The position numbers were made by a program, and so were the translations under genes. The notes under the pieces are model-generated. The model did not search any database, had not been told where the DNA came from, and saw only the letters and a program-made list of their open reading frames with translations. Shown here piece by piece: positions 38,352-50,626 of a stretch of DNA of 64,000 nucleotides (its first letter is position 1; each line of letters begins with the position of its first letter). The stretch is from Azolla caroliniana (lineage: Eukaryota > Plantae > Polypodiophyta), in the NCBI GenBank assembly GCA_043228905.1, contig JBHGNT010000016.1, positions 4,216,001-4,280,000 on the forward strand. The letters are read 5' to 3'.

Positions 38352-40440
38352 GGCCTTTGACACCATCCAATGGGATTTTGTGGCAGCCACAATGGTCAAA
38401 CTATGATTTGGTCCGAAAATGTCTCAAGTAACCTATTAGCTTTATGGTCTAGCACATCTTCATGCATTATTTAGGGTGAATTGACATATTCATGGAGCTT
38501 AGCCAAATCAGTACGACAAGGTTGTCTTGTTAGTGCATTGTTGTATGCAATCGCAACTCATCCACTACTATTGTATATGAATCATCTAGTATTAATTGGT
38601 CAACTTCATGGTTTGCAAATAAAAGACGGACATGATTTCGTGGCTCAGGCATATGCAGATGATACATCATTCCTGTCACAAAACAATCCAAATGGTATGA
38701 GGGTGATTATGGATGCCCTCAAATTGTATGGATTAGTTGTTGGATTGCATGTTAACTTCAACAAGTCCAAACTTCTACCCTTGACACCATATAGTTGGCA
38801 TCAACTTTTGTGGGCAGGTCAAGTTGTTAGCCCAAATGAAATGGTTAGACATCTTAGCTATCGATTGGGATGGAATGCAACAAGGAAAAGAAAGGTTGAA
38901 TGGGTTTTGCAACAAGTGAGACAAAAGCTAAGCTATTGGAAGATTCCAACATGGCCACTCCATGTCAGATTGCGGATAGTGCAATCTACATTCATGGCTT
39001 ACATGCAATATTACTTAATTATGATTGATTGGCCGAAACAAATGATACAAAAGATTAACTCAGAAATTATAAGCAGCTTTTGGTGCTCTAAGCAATCGCA
39101 TAGAGGTAAACGACTCCTACCAATAGAAAAGATATGCACTCCACGATTGAGTGGAGGGCTAAATATTCTTAATTTGCATTTACATATGTTGGCTAGAAAA
39201 GTTACTTTATTGCCAAAAGTTGTTGAACAAACATTGCCTTGGGCAATAATGCTATCTGATATGTTTGATCATTTGAAAACCAAGTCATTTGGCTCATGAG
39301 ATACTAACCATTGGGGTGTAGTGTTTGGAAAGCTTGACGAGCACATCAAAGGTTGACCGTTTAGCTCAAAGCTTCTAAAGCATTGGAAGGAAGTATTGCA
39401 CCACATAAAATGGAGACGTAGGAATTCAGAATCAAGGAACTCTTTACGCCTCGAAAGCTTACACTGGAGTGCTATATTCCCACAGTCGTTAGCTGAACAA
39501 GAGCCTAGGAAAGCTTATTTTTTAACAAAGGTGCTAAAATCAATTGCAGATGTGGTAAATGACCAAGGTCACTTATTGCACTTCAATGACATGACATGTC
39601 ATTATGGTCTTGGGCCACATCATCGTGCTATCTGGAATCAAGTCACAGAGTTGGTACTTTCCTTAGTACTTGTGCCACCTCTTGATGGAGATTGCAGGAT
39701 TCAAGATTGGATGTTACAAAAAGGGAACATTTTTATTCCAATGCATAACATTACAACACATTCAGTGTATATGTTGTTGCAACCTCTCCCATGGTTTCAT
39801 GACCATGCAAATGCATTTTGGAACCTACACAAAACGCAATCCTGGTGGAAAAACAAGCGTACAAGCTTACGGAGCTCTAGTTTTCCACTTAAGCAACGGG
39901 TATTCCTATGGAGATGCCGATTGGGTGTGCTCCTGACTGGGTCGAAAAGAGATCGATAGCCTCACCACATTGTGCAAGATGTGGTGGACGATTGGAAACG
40001 GTCCCACACTTATTATGGACTTGCTCATTCACTACAACATTTGTACAAAAACTAAGTGCATCTCTTTATCACAAATTTCTTGGCCGAAGTTTTGCAAACA
40101 CTTTTGGATATTTGGACAAATTCCATGCGCCCTGTCCAACAATGCCTATTTTCTCCAATGGACACGATTTTGGGCACTTTGAACCATTTGGATAGCCCGC
40201 AATAATAAGGTCTTTGATGGAAACCGATTGCATGAAGTTAGCTTCTTTAAGCAATCCCTCATGCAATCTCTATTTGATTGTTTGCAATTTAGAGACATCA
40301 CACTGCAAATTTACAATCTTTACTTTGAGTGCTTTTAAGTTCTTTAGTGTCTAATCGACACTTTATATTTTTCTTTATTCTTTGTGGATTTTCACCTCAC
40401 TTTGAGGTTTCCCACTACTAATAAAAGTGTTACTAAAAAG
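38352..40440 (+). mobile_element. 5'-truncated L1-type LINE with 14-bp TSD
   Basis: TSD AAGCAAGCCTTGTG at 38338-38351 and 40441-40454. Motifs: AFDTIQW, SVRQGC, YADDT, GGLNI and zf-RVT CARC...ETVPHLLWTC. AATAAA and a short A-rich 3' end. Confidence 0.92.
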
Positions 40441-41321
40441 AAGCAAGCCTTGTGAATGATTCTCCTAGATATGTTAAGGATTGTCAAGTACTACATGAGA
40501 GAGACAAGCATATATCGTATTAAGATAAACATAACTCCTTCCTTGACAAGTATTGTGTTAATATAAACATAACTCCTTTTGTGACAAGTGTCAATAGATG
40601 TAGAACTCATTATTGTGTTGTCAAACCACATGTGTTAATTCCAAACGCCTTCATTGTGTCATTCAAGCTATAAATATAATCCTTGAATCCAAGGTTATGG
40701 AACTGCAAGCAATAGAACCGAGATTATGATGCTAATTGTATAAGTTGCGAATTGCAAAGTTGAATATTTGCTTCATTATACATTACTACCAATCAAATAG
40801 TTTTGAGACCACCAAAATTCTATATCATTCCTCTTGTAGAGCTAGAAAACTCATGGATCCATTGTTGATGATCATGACTATATGTGACACTCCTATTGTC
40901 ATGACTCATTACATCCTCTTTTATGGATATAATAGTACTTCAAGAATTAAATATTTACTCCAATCAAGAATTAAACATTACTCCAATGTTAAGTGGGAGA
41001 AACAATCTAGACAAATATTAGTTTTTTTTTTTCCAAAAAAAACACTACTTCCCATTAGTTAGCAAAAGAATTACAACGAAGAACAGCCATAATCAAAACA
41101 GCATAATCCTCACCTAACTATTTACAACAAGAGTAACCCACTGCCTCTTTTCACATAGTGACCACCATGGTGACCACATATTCACAACGAAGCCAATGGC
41201 GGAAACAGCCATCTTGGTGCTTGGTAATTCCATTTAGGACCAGACGCTGAATTAACCATCATAGGAGAGCGACCCCATTTGAGCGAGCCTTGTCTGCTGC
41301 ATCCGAGTTCCCTTCATCCGA

Positions 41322-41403
41322 GTTGGGTTATCTAAAACTAATATTTTTTTGGTATCTTGGCTGCGCGGACAGTACAACAAATATTAGTTTTAGATAACCC
41401 AAC
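41322..41403. other. Perfect 25-bp inverted repeat (hairpin) with a 32-nt loop region
   Basis: GTTGGGTTATCTAAAACTAATATTT (41322-41346) / AAATATTAGTTTTAGATAACCCAAC (41379-41403). Confidence 0.9.
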
Positions 41404-42120
41404 AAAGAAAGTGATGCATCGACATGAGAGAAACCGATACACAACAATATGAAATGCTCTGCATGAGTTTTAAGTTGGTTTTTGCAAAGGGTTATGAGTT
41501 TGGTGGCTTTTGTCCCAGTGGTGTGGGCTTATTTCAAAATCACTCACTCCATTGACAAGTACTGATCACCCACTCCATACCCACTCCATAGGCATGCATC
41601 CATTACAAGAATAAGGATATTCACAATTTTCAAATTGTGATTGAAGCTTACCATCACCCACTCCATATGCATGCATCAAGATAAATATTTCACAATTTAT
41701 GATTGAATTTACCTTCATACCTTTAAATATATAAATATAATGGGGGTCATTTACAAAAACAATTAGGAAAAGATGGGGAAACTTTCAAAAAACCTTTATA
41801 TAAATTCAAAATCTGACAAGATACTAAAAACAAGGTAAATATCTCTTTTCAAGAAAACCAGTTTGTACAATACAATCCAAACATGTAGAATAACCACCTT
41901 TTTAACCACCTTTTTACAATATTTAATGAGCTTGTTTCTATACAATTTTAAAATAGATCAAGATGCCTTCCCATATATCTTGAAATCAACTCATACTCCT
42001 TGCCTTATAATCCTCCTTCTTAACCCCTAACACATAATATTCCTCCTCCAAAATAATATTGGATTGCATACCAACTCTTCATATTGCTTTACAAAGTATA
42101 GTAGTTGCATTGTTGAAATA

Positions 42121-43140
42121 TCATGTCACTGTTACTGATGCCCTCGTGCAGTTGCATACCTCGCACGCACAATTTGCCCCACACTTGCAATATGACAAAC
42201 CCTTTGTTGCATCACTTACTTTATTGCATGTGCATGTTTCACAACTACAATTTTCACCACATGAGCAATATGGCTTCACCGAGGGTCCTCCGCTATACAA
42301 AAGTTATATGACTCGTAAATACCATCATAAAGTGCCAATCATAAGCATAATATTTGATACTCCATTTGACAATAAACAAAAATGATATGCCTTCACATCA
42401 TCATATAAAGAACATGAACATCACTAATCACTACCACCAATATTATGTTACTAAACAACCAATCAGTCAAATGAACATGGACATCATTGGCTTTGTAAAA
42501 ATTAATCACGCACCCATCATCAAAAGACAATAAAATCTGTACGAAACATACAAAACATGGAAGACCACAAACTGCACATCAATCCCTCAAATTGGAAAAG
42601 AAGCATCAAACAATCAACCAAAATCACATTCAAATGAACATGGACATCATTGGCTTTGTAAAAATTAATCAATCACCCATCATCAAAAGACAATAAAATT
42701 TGTATGAAACATACAAAACATGGAAGGCCACAAAGTGCACATCAATCCCTCAAATTGGAAAAGAAGCATCAAACAATCAACCAAAATCACAAGCATTCCC
42801 AAGGAGGCAAAGACAAAACAACACCCACACTACATGCAAACAAAAGAAGGGAAACACAAACACACATACAAAGCACAATCATAAAAGCAACATCAACAAA
42901 CAAGTGTACATTTGTATAGCTAAAGCACATATAGAGAGCAACCTTAGCTAGAAATTTACAGTGAAAAGTAAAGTATTGACTTCAAAAAAGAAGGAAATAG
43001 TGTGAGCACCTAGAAGAACTAAAAAAAAACACAAGAAGTAACCCACCTAGATTCAGAAGAACCACAAAGACAACCCTTGCCACATGGGCAAGGAGTTCCG
43101 CATGCACAAGAAGGACCACAACCACAAGTGCTTTCGATGC

Positions 43141-43147
<7 letters not shown>
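42121..43147 (-). CDS. Metallothionein, type 4 (Ec)-like, three Cys clusters, 90 aa
   Basis: Exons 43147-43047 and 42292-42121 (GT-AG, phase 2): MASIESTCGCGPSCACGTPCPCGKGCLCGSSESSGGPSVKPYCSCGENCSCETCTCNKVSDATKGLSYCKCGANCACEVCNCTRASVTVT*. Confidence 0.9.
42468..42790. repeat. Two-copy tandem duplication, 163-bp period, in the metallothionein intron
   Basis: CAAATGAACATGGACATCATTGG at 42468 and 42631. Confidence 0.92.
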
Positions 43148-43181
<34 letters not shown>

Positions 43182-43229
43182 CTATTGACTCTCCCTCTCT
43201 CCATCCTCCATTTTTATCCTTTTTAATGG

Positions 43230-43247
43230 ACACTTGGCCACCATGCA
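43230..43247. promoter_or_regulatory. Candidate ACACNNG (ABI5-class bZIP) plus RY (CATGCA) motif pair upstream of the metallothionein
   Basis: ACACTTG at 43230-43236 and CATGCA at 43242-43247, 83-100 bp upstream of the ATG. Short motifs; function is inferred only. Confidence 0.35.
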
Positions 43248-44424
43248 AATGACCAACGAATTCTCTACTTCCTCTAATAAAATCTTACCTTGAGGCTTGA
43301 GCTAGTCATTAGCCCCCACGATCCATTCCCACACATCACTCACATCCATGCGGAGTTGTGGATGTGGATTCACCACTAAATACACGAATATATCAAGCTA
43401 TTGTAATGTTAAAAAATAATGTCGTTGGAAATGTCTACACGCTGACTTACTCATGTTTTATCACAAAGAGGTGATTTGGGAGTGCGGAAATATTATTGCA
43501 TGATTTGTCTACGGTTAATTAAGTGGTAGCGGTATTCTCAATTTTTATGCATGTAAGATATGTCATGACAAGGTTAATCGAGAAATATGTTATGTTGTTG
43601 TAGAGTTTAACATGAATCAAGCATCATTTTAATGATTAACTCATACATTACATTCCATATGATTCATTTGCACATCAACTAATCAACATCACTTTTAAAT
43701 ATATCTTAACATAAATTCTATTTAATTTCTCGTAAGTCATGTGAGCACACTTAATATGACATTCGATCAAGGAAATAAGTGAGAAAGCATATGATATGAT
43801 TTTGAGAAATGGATGTCATGTAATGATCTAATTTTACATAAGAATGGTCAATAGGCTAGTGTTGACCAATAAACTATGACTAGCTGGAGCATGTTGTTGG
43901 TAAGGTGTGATGGTTGGTCAATGCCTGTGGCGGCGAGTAACCAAAGTATAACAATTTAGCTACCATGGTGCTCACACAAATCTATCTCGTCTCTCTCTCG
44001 CTCTCTCTCTTCAAGAGTGGACATTATAGAGCTACCTAGGGCTGGACACCTTGAAAGGGAATCCAGTTTCTAAATCTCGCACATACAGAAATGTAATATA
44101 TGGGGAAACACCAAGCTTCATTATCCAGAGAGAATGAGGTGATTGGTCCCATAACGTAGCTTCAAACTCATAATCAGTTCAAGTCCAAAATTTTTCTAGC
44201 GATCAGGTCGATAAATCGATACGCAAACATGGCACATAATGAGTGGTTTAGTTTGAGAGGCCAGCTTGCAGGCAGGCATGGGACACAAAGATAGATGTGG
44301 TGACAGTTAAACGTGTGGGAGAATGGCAAAGCGAAAAGGTTCCAAAACTCCTAATGAGAGACCTCGTGGAGTGCTATGAGCTCACCTGATGTGCCAAAGC
44401 CCCCTCCCCAAAACAACACACACT

Positions 44425-44482
<58 letters not shown>

Positions 44483-44703
44483 CAAGAGGCTAACAAGACT
44501 TTTATTTAGGAGCCGTATAAACCGTTTAGGAGTGATTTTTAACTTAGCGAAACTTACAAATTGCACTATGTACTATGGACATGGACATGGACATACTACC
44601 ACTAGTTATTGCTATTGGTTTGTTAGTTTGTTAATGGTGACTTGGGGGTAAGTAATCTGCAGAGCGAAGAGGAGAGAAGGAGGAAGGAAGGAAAGGAGCA
44701 GCG

Positions 44704-44853
44704 ATGGCGTCAATGCAGCAGCAGGAGAGTGCGGGCATGAATAGTAGCAGTAGTAGTACCACCACCGCATGGGTGGGGAAGAAGCCGCTCCGCCGCCTTG
44801 GCGGGATGGCGGATGCTCTCTCCATCGCTGCCGATCTCGGCTTCTCTGTACCT

Positions 44854-44903
<50 letters not shown>

Positions 44904-47392
44904 GAAAAGAAAAATCCAAATCTTCTTCAAAGTGGAATGCCTAACGTTTCTTTCCTTTATGTTCTCTACTGCATTTCTGGTGTTTTCCTTTCCTTCTAAG
45001 CTGCATTTCCGTCCTTCCTTTTTCGTTTAGCTTTTGATCCTCCATCTACCTGCTGTGCTCACAGGAAGATGCGGTACACAGCAATGTTTTGCCAAACCCT
45101 GGATCGTCGGACAAAACCGAGTCTTTAGTTCATGTCTTGATGGAGCTAACCTCTGTGCAGAGAAACCTTGCTAATCTTCAAGTCGAACTTCAAGGCCGTC
45201 AGGTGAGAACAACTAAACCACAAAATTCTCACTATATACAAATCTATGTTTGTTTGATGTGCGAAATTGCTGATCTGGCTCTTTGAATTGCTACCTTGTC
45301 TACTTTACATCCTTAGAAGACATATCTCCTGTTATGTCCTAGCTGCTAAGTAATGCTTGATCGTAGATCTAGGCATTATCTGCAAGGTATTATATGAATG
45401 TCATTGAATTAATTGTTAAATTGTTCCCATTATCTTTATCAATTTGCTTTTGTATTAAAGCTTATTGTAGATGTAGGCATTCGGCATATGATTCACAATA
45501 TCAAATGCCTTTCTATTTATCTAGAGTACATTAATGTAGAAACAGAAAGGAAAGATCAAATTTTGAATAATGTACTGTAATGACACTCATACATAATATA
45601 AGAACTCTTAAATTTTGTACTCCGTGTATTTTATAAATTATGTTTCCAATTGTACTCAGGTATGTGTATGGTAACTACAATGATATTATTCATGTATCAA
45701 GTGTGAATATTTATTAGTGTGACAATGTGCGTGAGCACGCTGATTGCAAACTGATGACTTTAATGGCAACTCTGTGCAGGAGCTATGAGGATACATGTCT
45801 TATATATATTATTTTTGTAGTATATTGTTTATTCTAATGCCCTCGTTCAAAACTTTGTGTGATTTAAGCAGGATGATCAGAGTGTTGCACATCTTACGCA
45901 TGTAAGTGAAATGGAGAAGAAATGCCAAGTTTTATCAAGAACCACAGCAATTCTGAAAGATGTAATTCAAAATAAGGTATACAGGATTTTGTGCATCTGC
46001 ACCAATGATGCCATCAAAAGTATTTTTACTTGTGATCGTAATTCTTGTCTAGAGAAACTACCTTTTTGCCAAACTCTTGAAAAGAATACTACGGGCATCT
46101 TCATGGATCAATTATTGTGCAGGATCGGATCATAGCTCGCTTGCAGCAGCCATACTCGTTGGATTGCATTCCCGTAGAGACACAATACCAAGTATACCTT
46201 CTTTTGCTGAAACTAATGCTGATCAATATTAAAGTGAAGATACTTTTGAGAGTTCTAGAATTACTTTGTCTGTAATTTTTTTGCTTAACTGTTTATCAAT
46301 TTACATCCCCGAAGTAAGATGCTGTTTTCCTTTGTCAAGCTGCATTTAGCAAAATGCTCGGTTCATAGTTAGTTGTAGGTTTTAACTCAGTGCAGAAGGA
46401 TTGGTTAAAGTACGTGAATACCTATTTTATTTATATTTCCTAGGCCATAGACCTTATGCTGGCCTAATGAATATTGATGGCCTGTCTATGCCCTGATTTA
46501 TAACACTATATGTAACTCTTGCTGGAATAGGAGGCATTGTAATATTTTTCTTCAATAAATATAAAAATTGCTGTGTTTACAATATTACAGAAGCAGTTCT
46601 CGGAGCTCCTACTCAAAGCTGCTGGTGATTACGGAGCTTTAACAGCCTCGGTGGCTGATTTTCAATGGACACAAGGATTCAAACGTTCGCCTACAGTGTG
46701 GGGGGTGAGTGTAGATATTCAATTTAACGGAAAACTCTAAAAGACCCGAAAATTTTCCTTGTTTCCTAAAAGCCCCCCCTGGTCAACCCTCCAAAAGAGA
46801 GAAAAAAAGGGATGAATTCCGCATATAATTTGTCGAGCAGGACATAAAATGACTTGTTCTTTTAAGTCACCAAGGGCCTTTCAAGAATAATGAAAACGCA
46901 GGGACATTGGGTGAAATAACAGAAAGTTTGGGTATTTGGAGTTTTTTATCTTTAATAGAGGGATATTTGTAAGTTTTGCATCATGATAAAATGGTCCCTA
47001 ATGAATTAATGTATGGATAAGAAAATCAGGAACTTTTGCGGCCCATACCAGTTGCCCTTGCCTCGTGTACACGCTACTTCGAGGGGCTCTCAGCAATGCG
47101 AGAAGCTGTGGCATCTATGCAAAAAGCACGTGTTAGATCAACATATTCTAATACACCTGCCAAAGATCCATCATGGGTATCCGATCGGATAGACTCAGAG
47201 TGTGCCACTCCTCCATGGAACCAAGAGAATTATGTGTTGGAAGAACCAAATTCGGATGATGTAATTATCCGGAGTCGAAAGAGATCAGATCAAACTCAGC
47301 TTTCTGCCGATGATTCTGACTTGACCCCTGATATTGTGCAGACTGAAACTACTGACAATTCAAGACAAAGGCGTTTATCATGGCCTGGTTGA
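44704..47392 (+). CDS. AUG2: AUGMIN subunit 2 (HAUS2-like), 313 aa
   Basis: Exons 44704-44856, 45065-45202, 45872-45976, 46123-46191, 46591-46704, 47030-47392. Motifs: [78 protein letters not shown]. Confidence 0.93.
46729..46948. mobile_element. Degenerate MULE-like MITE in AUG2 intron 5
   Basis: Imperfect long TIRs (GGAAAACTCT...CCC / GGG...GGAGTTTTT); similar to 60579-60840. Confidence 0.45.
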
Positions 47393-48559
47393 TAAAATGT
47401 AAGCATGACATGACAGTTCACATTCTTATTGTTTCAGCATGCATTATATGAAAAGGCCATTTCTTGTGTAAATGAAAGGTGATTAAGTAAAAAATAGATT
47501 GCCAGCATTCTTTTATGATCACTAAAGCGTCAGGTTACTTATTGGTTCTCAACAGATTCCTGCATTATTGTATGCTTTCACCAGTATTTTTCTGCAAGTA
47601 AAATTTACTCTCTTCTTTCTGTTTCCAACTTTGTGGTCAGTGATTCTATTTGTTTCATTCATCAATTAAAGATTGTTTGCGCTGGACTGATGGTAACTTC
47701 ATACTATTGTGGATATCATTTGTTTGTGCTACTATGTGAAGCCGTCTATAGGAACAACGGTGCTATCAACACATTGGAAAGTTACACAATTCATACACAG
47801 GTTTGAAGTCTCCAGAGACTCCAGAGACATTAAGCAATTTGAGCCCTTTATTTATATGGCTTGAATCTATGCTGGTTAAATCACGAAGGATATAATTATC
47901 AAACAATGTTGGATTATTATGTTGCTTGGAGGTAATAATTGGATATATTAAACAATAATAATAATTTGTATTATGTCAATAATATCAGCACATCAAAGTA
48001 CATCCTAGAGTATTGGTAGTAATAGTCGTTGGCATTATCTTTTTTCGCTACTGATAGGTATATTCAGTAGTATCCTAGGTGTTATAAAAACATATCTATT
48101 GAATGGTCAATTTCTAAAATCATTGTATCTATTTGAGAACAAAGATCTAAGTTCATTTCCTAGTGTGTTTATATTAGGGAAATAGTTGGGGAATTTGTTT
48201 TGGGAATTATGAAACTATGAGTTGTATTTTTTGAAAGTAGCTCCCTATGTGTCTAGTTGCCTTTTCTCACTATCTGTAATCTGCAAACAAAATATTTGAT
48301 CTTTTACTGTGCTAGAATCTGTAATCAACATCATCCTCTACCAATTCAAGAAACACAGCACAAGTAATGCATCAAAATGATCACATTTTGATGCAAAACA
48401 TGGAATTTGTATTTGGATGTTGATGCATTCTCATCCACAAGTCTTCTTCTTGAAATAATGTAGAGAACTTCTGAAAGGAAGGTAGGTGAGGGTTTTCTTA
48501 TATGATCAGCAACAATTGGACAAGACATGTAACAAACAACAACGAGATCTTATGGAATG

Positions 48560-49230
48560 ATAGCTTTGGAAAGAAGCTAGAGGGTTGTTTGTACTTCAAA
48601 CAAAGAATGTGGATATTTCTTCATGCTTGTTTGGTGAAGGACAACTCGCATTTGGTCCCAAAAAAGCTTAATCCTTGTAGTAAATAGTAAATGCCTTTGC
48701 TTTTGCATCTTATAGTATTCATTAAGAGGCCCAACTAAAATTCTTCAAGTTTTGGAAATGTTTTTGGCATGTGCACCTCGAGGCACATGCCACAAAGATT
48801 AAAAGAGACTTGACAGGAAGACAAATGAACTAATACATAGCTATAATTGACATACTTGGATCAACCAGAGGTTTATATGTGGATTAACAAGGGGGGACCC
48901 CTCTTTGATACATTATAATGCATTGCCCAATGGCACACGTTCTCACAAAGATTGCCTCCAATTGGTTTTACCACCTATGAGCTAAAGTGGCCTTGATCAA
49001 TTCCATAAATCTCTCTAATAATGAGAAATTTGCATTCTCTCAAATGTTCCTCTTTCGAAAGGTGAAAAGAAAGTTTCGAAAAACTCTAAAAGGTCTCCAT
49101 CCAAAATATTGACCTATTCTCTTATTCTAAAGCTTCTTGATAGACAAAAAGTAACCCACAACCGACTTTCCTAGAAGGTACTAGCCTATTGCAAGCCATG
49201 CATGTTTGGACAATGTGGGCCACAAAGACA
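48560..49230 (-). mobile_element. Possible decayed L1 LINE ORF2 remnant
   Basis: Weak minus-strand YLLG and VA..C.PK-like motifs in the order seen downstream of L1 RT. Confidence 0.3.
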
Positions 49231-49594
49231 ATCTTCCTTATCTCTCTCTATAAATAGGCATATATTTTAGGAAATGATTCAAATTTTGGTGCATGCATTG
49301 CCTAAACGAGTAGTTCAAATGATTTTGGGAATGATTGGACGTAGTTTGGATGGCAAAATTAACTCTGTGTGCCAATCCATGTAAAACATAGAGACATGTA
49401 TGCAAATTCACTAACCACAAGTCCATATATGGAGATGAAGCACAAATATACATTAGACTAAAAACCATAGCACCAACTAATTCACTCTCCACAAGTCCAA
49501 TATCGAAAACTCACAACATAACACAATTAATTCCCTCTCTACAAGTTCTGATATTAAAAAGATTCACAAATATACGTGCATATCTTGTGCAACA

Positions 49595-50626
49595 TTAGTT
49601 TATCCGAAGTTGATCTCGTATACAACATTTCTTAATAAATTGCACCATATGGCTCTCTAATTCTCTTGTTTTGACACAATTGGGCTCGTAAAGGTGGAAG
49701 ATATGGCCTTTCCTAGGCGTAATAAAAAGGTCGACATTCTCACAAATCCCCTTAACCTCCTCATAGAATCTCATGGCTAATTCATTTCGGAAATCCATCT
49801 CCGCCAAGCAAATCAAGAGGTTAGGGCAAACTGAAAGAAGGGTGAGGGGTAAGGCCCTCGGACTCATCGGATTGATGCCGGGATAATCGAGGGTCTCTCC
49901 AAGGGGAAGAGCCATTTTATATCGCTCCTCGACATTTGATAAAATCGGATCCCGATTCATAGAGATATCCGTGCGGTCCACCATGTCGCCTCTGTTGGCC
50001 TCGGTGTGGAAGCCAGGGTGGATGAAGAGGAGGCCTTGGATTTGAAGAGGGGAGAGATCGAGCCGTGGGTTGTGATTGGCGGTGCGCATGGTGACGTTAA
50101 ACATGATAGTGGCGCCCGCGCTTTCACCTGCCAAGAACAACCTTGAGAAGTCGACAACTTCGGGGCTAAGCCAAGGGTCTAATGCTAGCTCATGATCAAT
50201 GATATTTTTCGGCTCGAATTCATCGATATCGTGACCTAGGGGGGATTTTTGTGGTTGTTGTGCCCTAGCCTGGGATCGGAGCCAAAGGAGAGCGGAAAAG
50301 CCATCATCAAACGCGATTGGGAGCCGATGGGCGGGGGCGAGGCGGTAGGCTAGAGAGATCCAGAGGCACGAGGATTCGAGGGCCATGTCCACGCAGAAGC
50401 GATGGAAGGCGGGCGAGTCGGGACGGCCCGAGCAGTAGGCACCGCCATGGGCATACAGAACCACTGGGAAGGTGGAGCTACTGATGATGGCGTCTGCATG
50501 ATCTTTGGGCAGGAAGAGGCGAGCCCATATCATGTGATTGCCGTCTTGTGAAGGGATTTGGACATCTCTGGTTGCTACCCCTCCTACAAATTCTTCACAT
50601 GCAGGGATACATGCATCTTCTTGCAT
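49595..50626 (-). CDS. Carboxylesterase (plant CXE / HSL-family alpha/beta hydrolase), 343 aa
   Basis: Single ORF. ARLFLP, HGGAY oxyanion motif, YRLAPAHRLP, GESAG nucleophile, Asp (EMD) and His (GHIFH) triad candidates. Confidence 0.92.
   Translation of the reverse strand: MQEDACIPACEEFVGGVATRDVQIPSQDGNHMIWARLFLPKDHADAIISSSTFPVVLYAHGGAYCSGRPDSPAFHRFCVDMALESSCLWISLAYRLAPAHRLPIAFDDGFSALLWLRSQARAQQPQKSPLGHDIDEFEPKNIIDHELALDPWLSPEVVDFSRLFLAGESAGATIMFNVTMRTANHNPRLDLSPLQIQGLLFIHPGFHTEANRGDMVDRTDISMNRDPILSNVEERYKMALPLGETLDYPGINPMSPRALPLTLLSVCPNLLICLAEMDFRNELAMRFYEEVKGICENVDLFITPRKGHIFHLYEPNCVKTRELESHMVQFIKKCCIRDQLRIN

Noticed and set aside
41303-41321. GAGTTCCCTTCATCCGA resembles a miR159/319 complementary site
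   Set aside because: It needs a deletion and a mismatch in the 5' pairing region, and no transcript is evident.
49595-50626. GID1 gibberellin receptor
   Set aside because: It has GESAG and a catalytic His instead of GDSSG with Val/Ile, and lacks the GID1 N-terminal lid motif, so it reads as an ordinary CXE.
8336-50626. AAE plus carboxylesterase as a biosynthetic gene cluster
   Set aside because: They are 36 kb apart and separated by unrelated housekeeping genes, with no other pathway enzymes.
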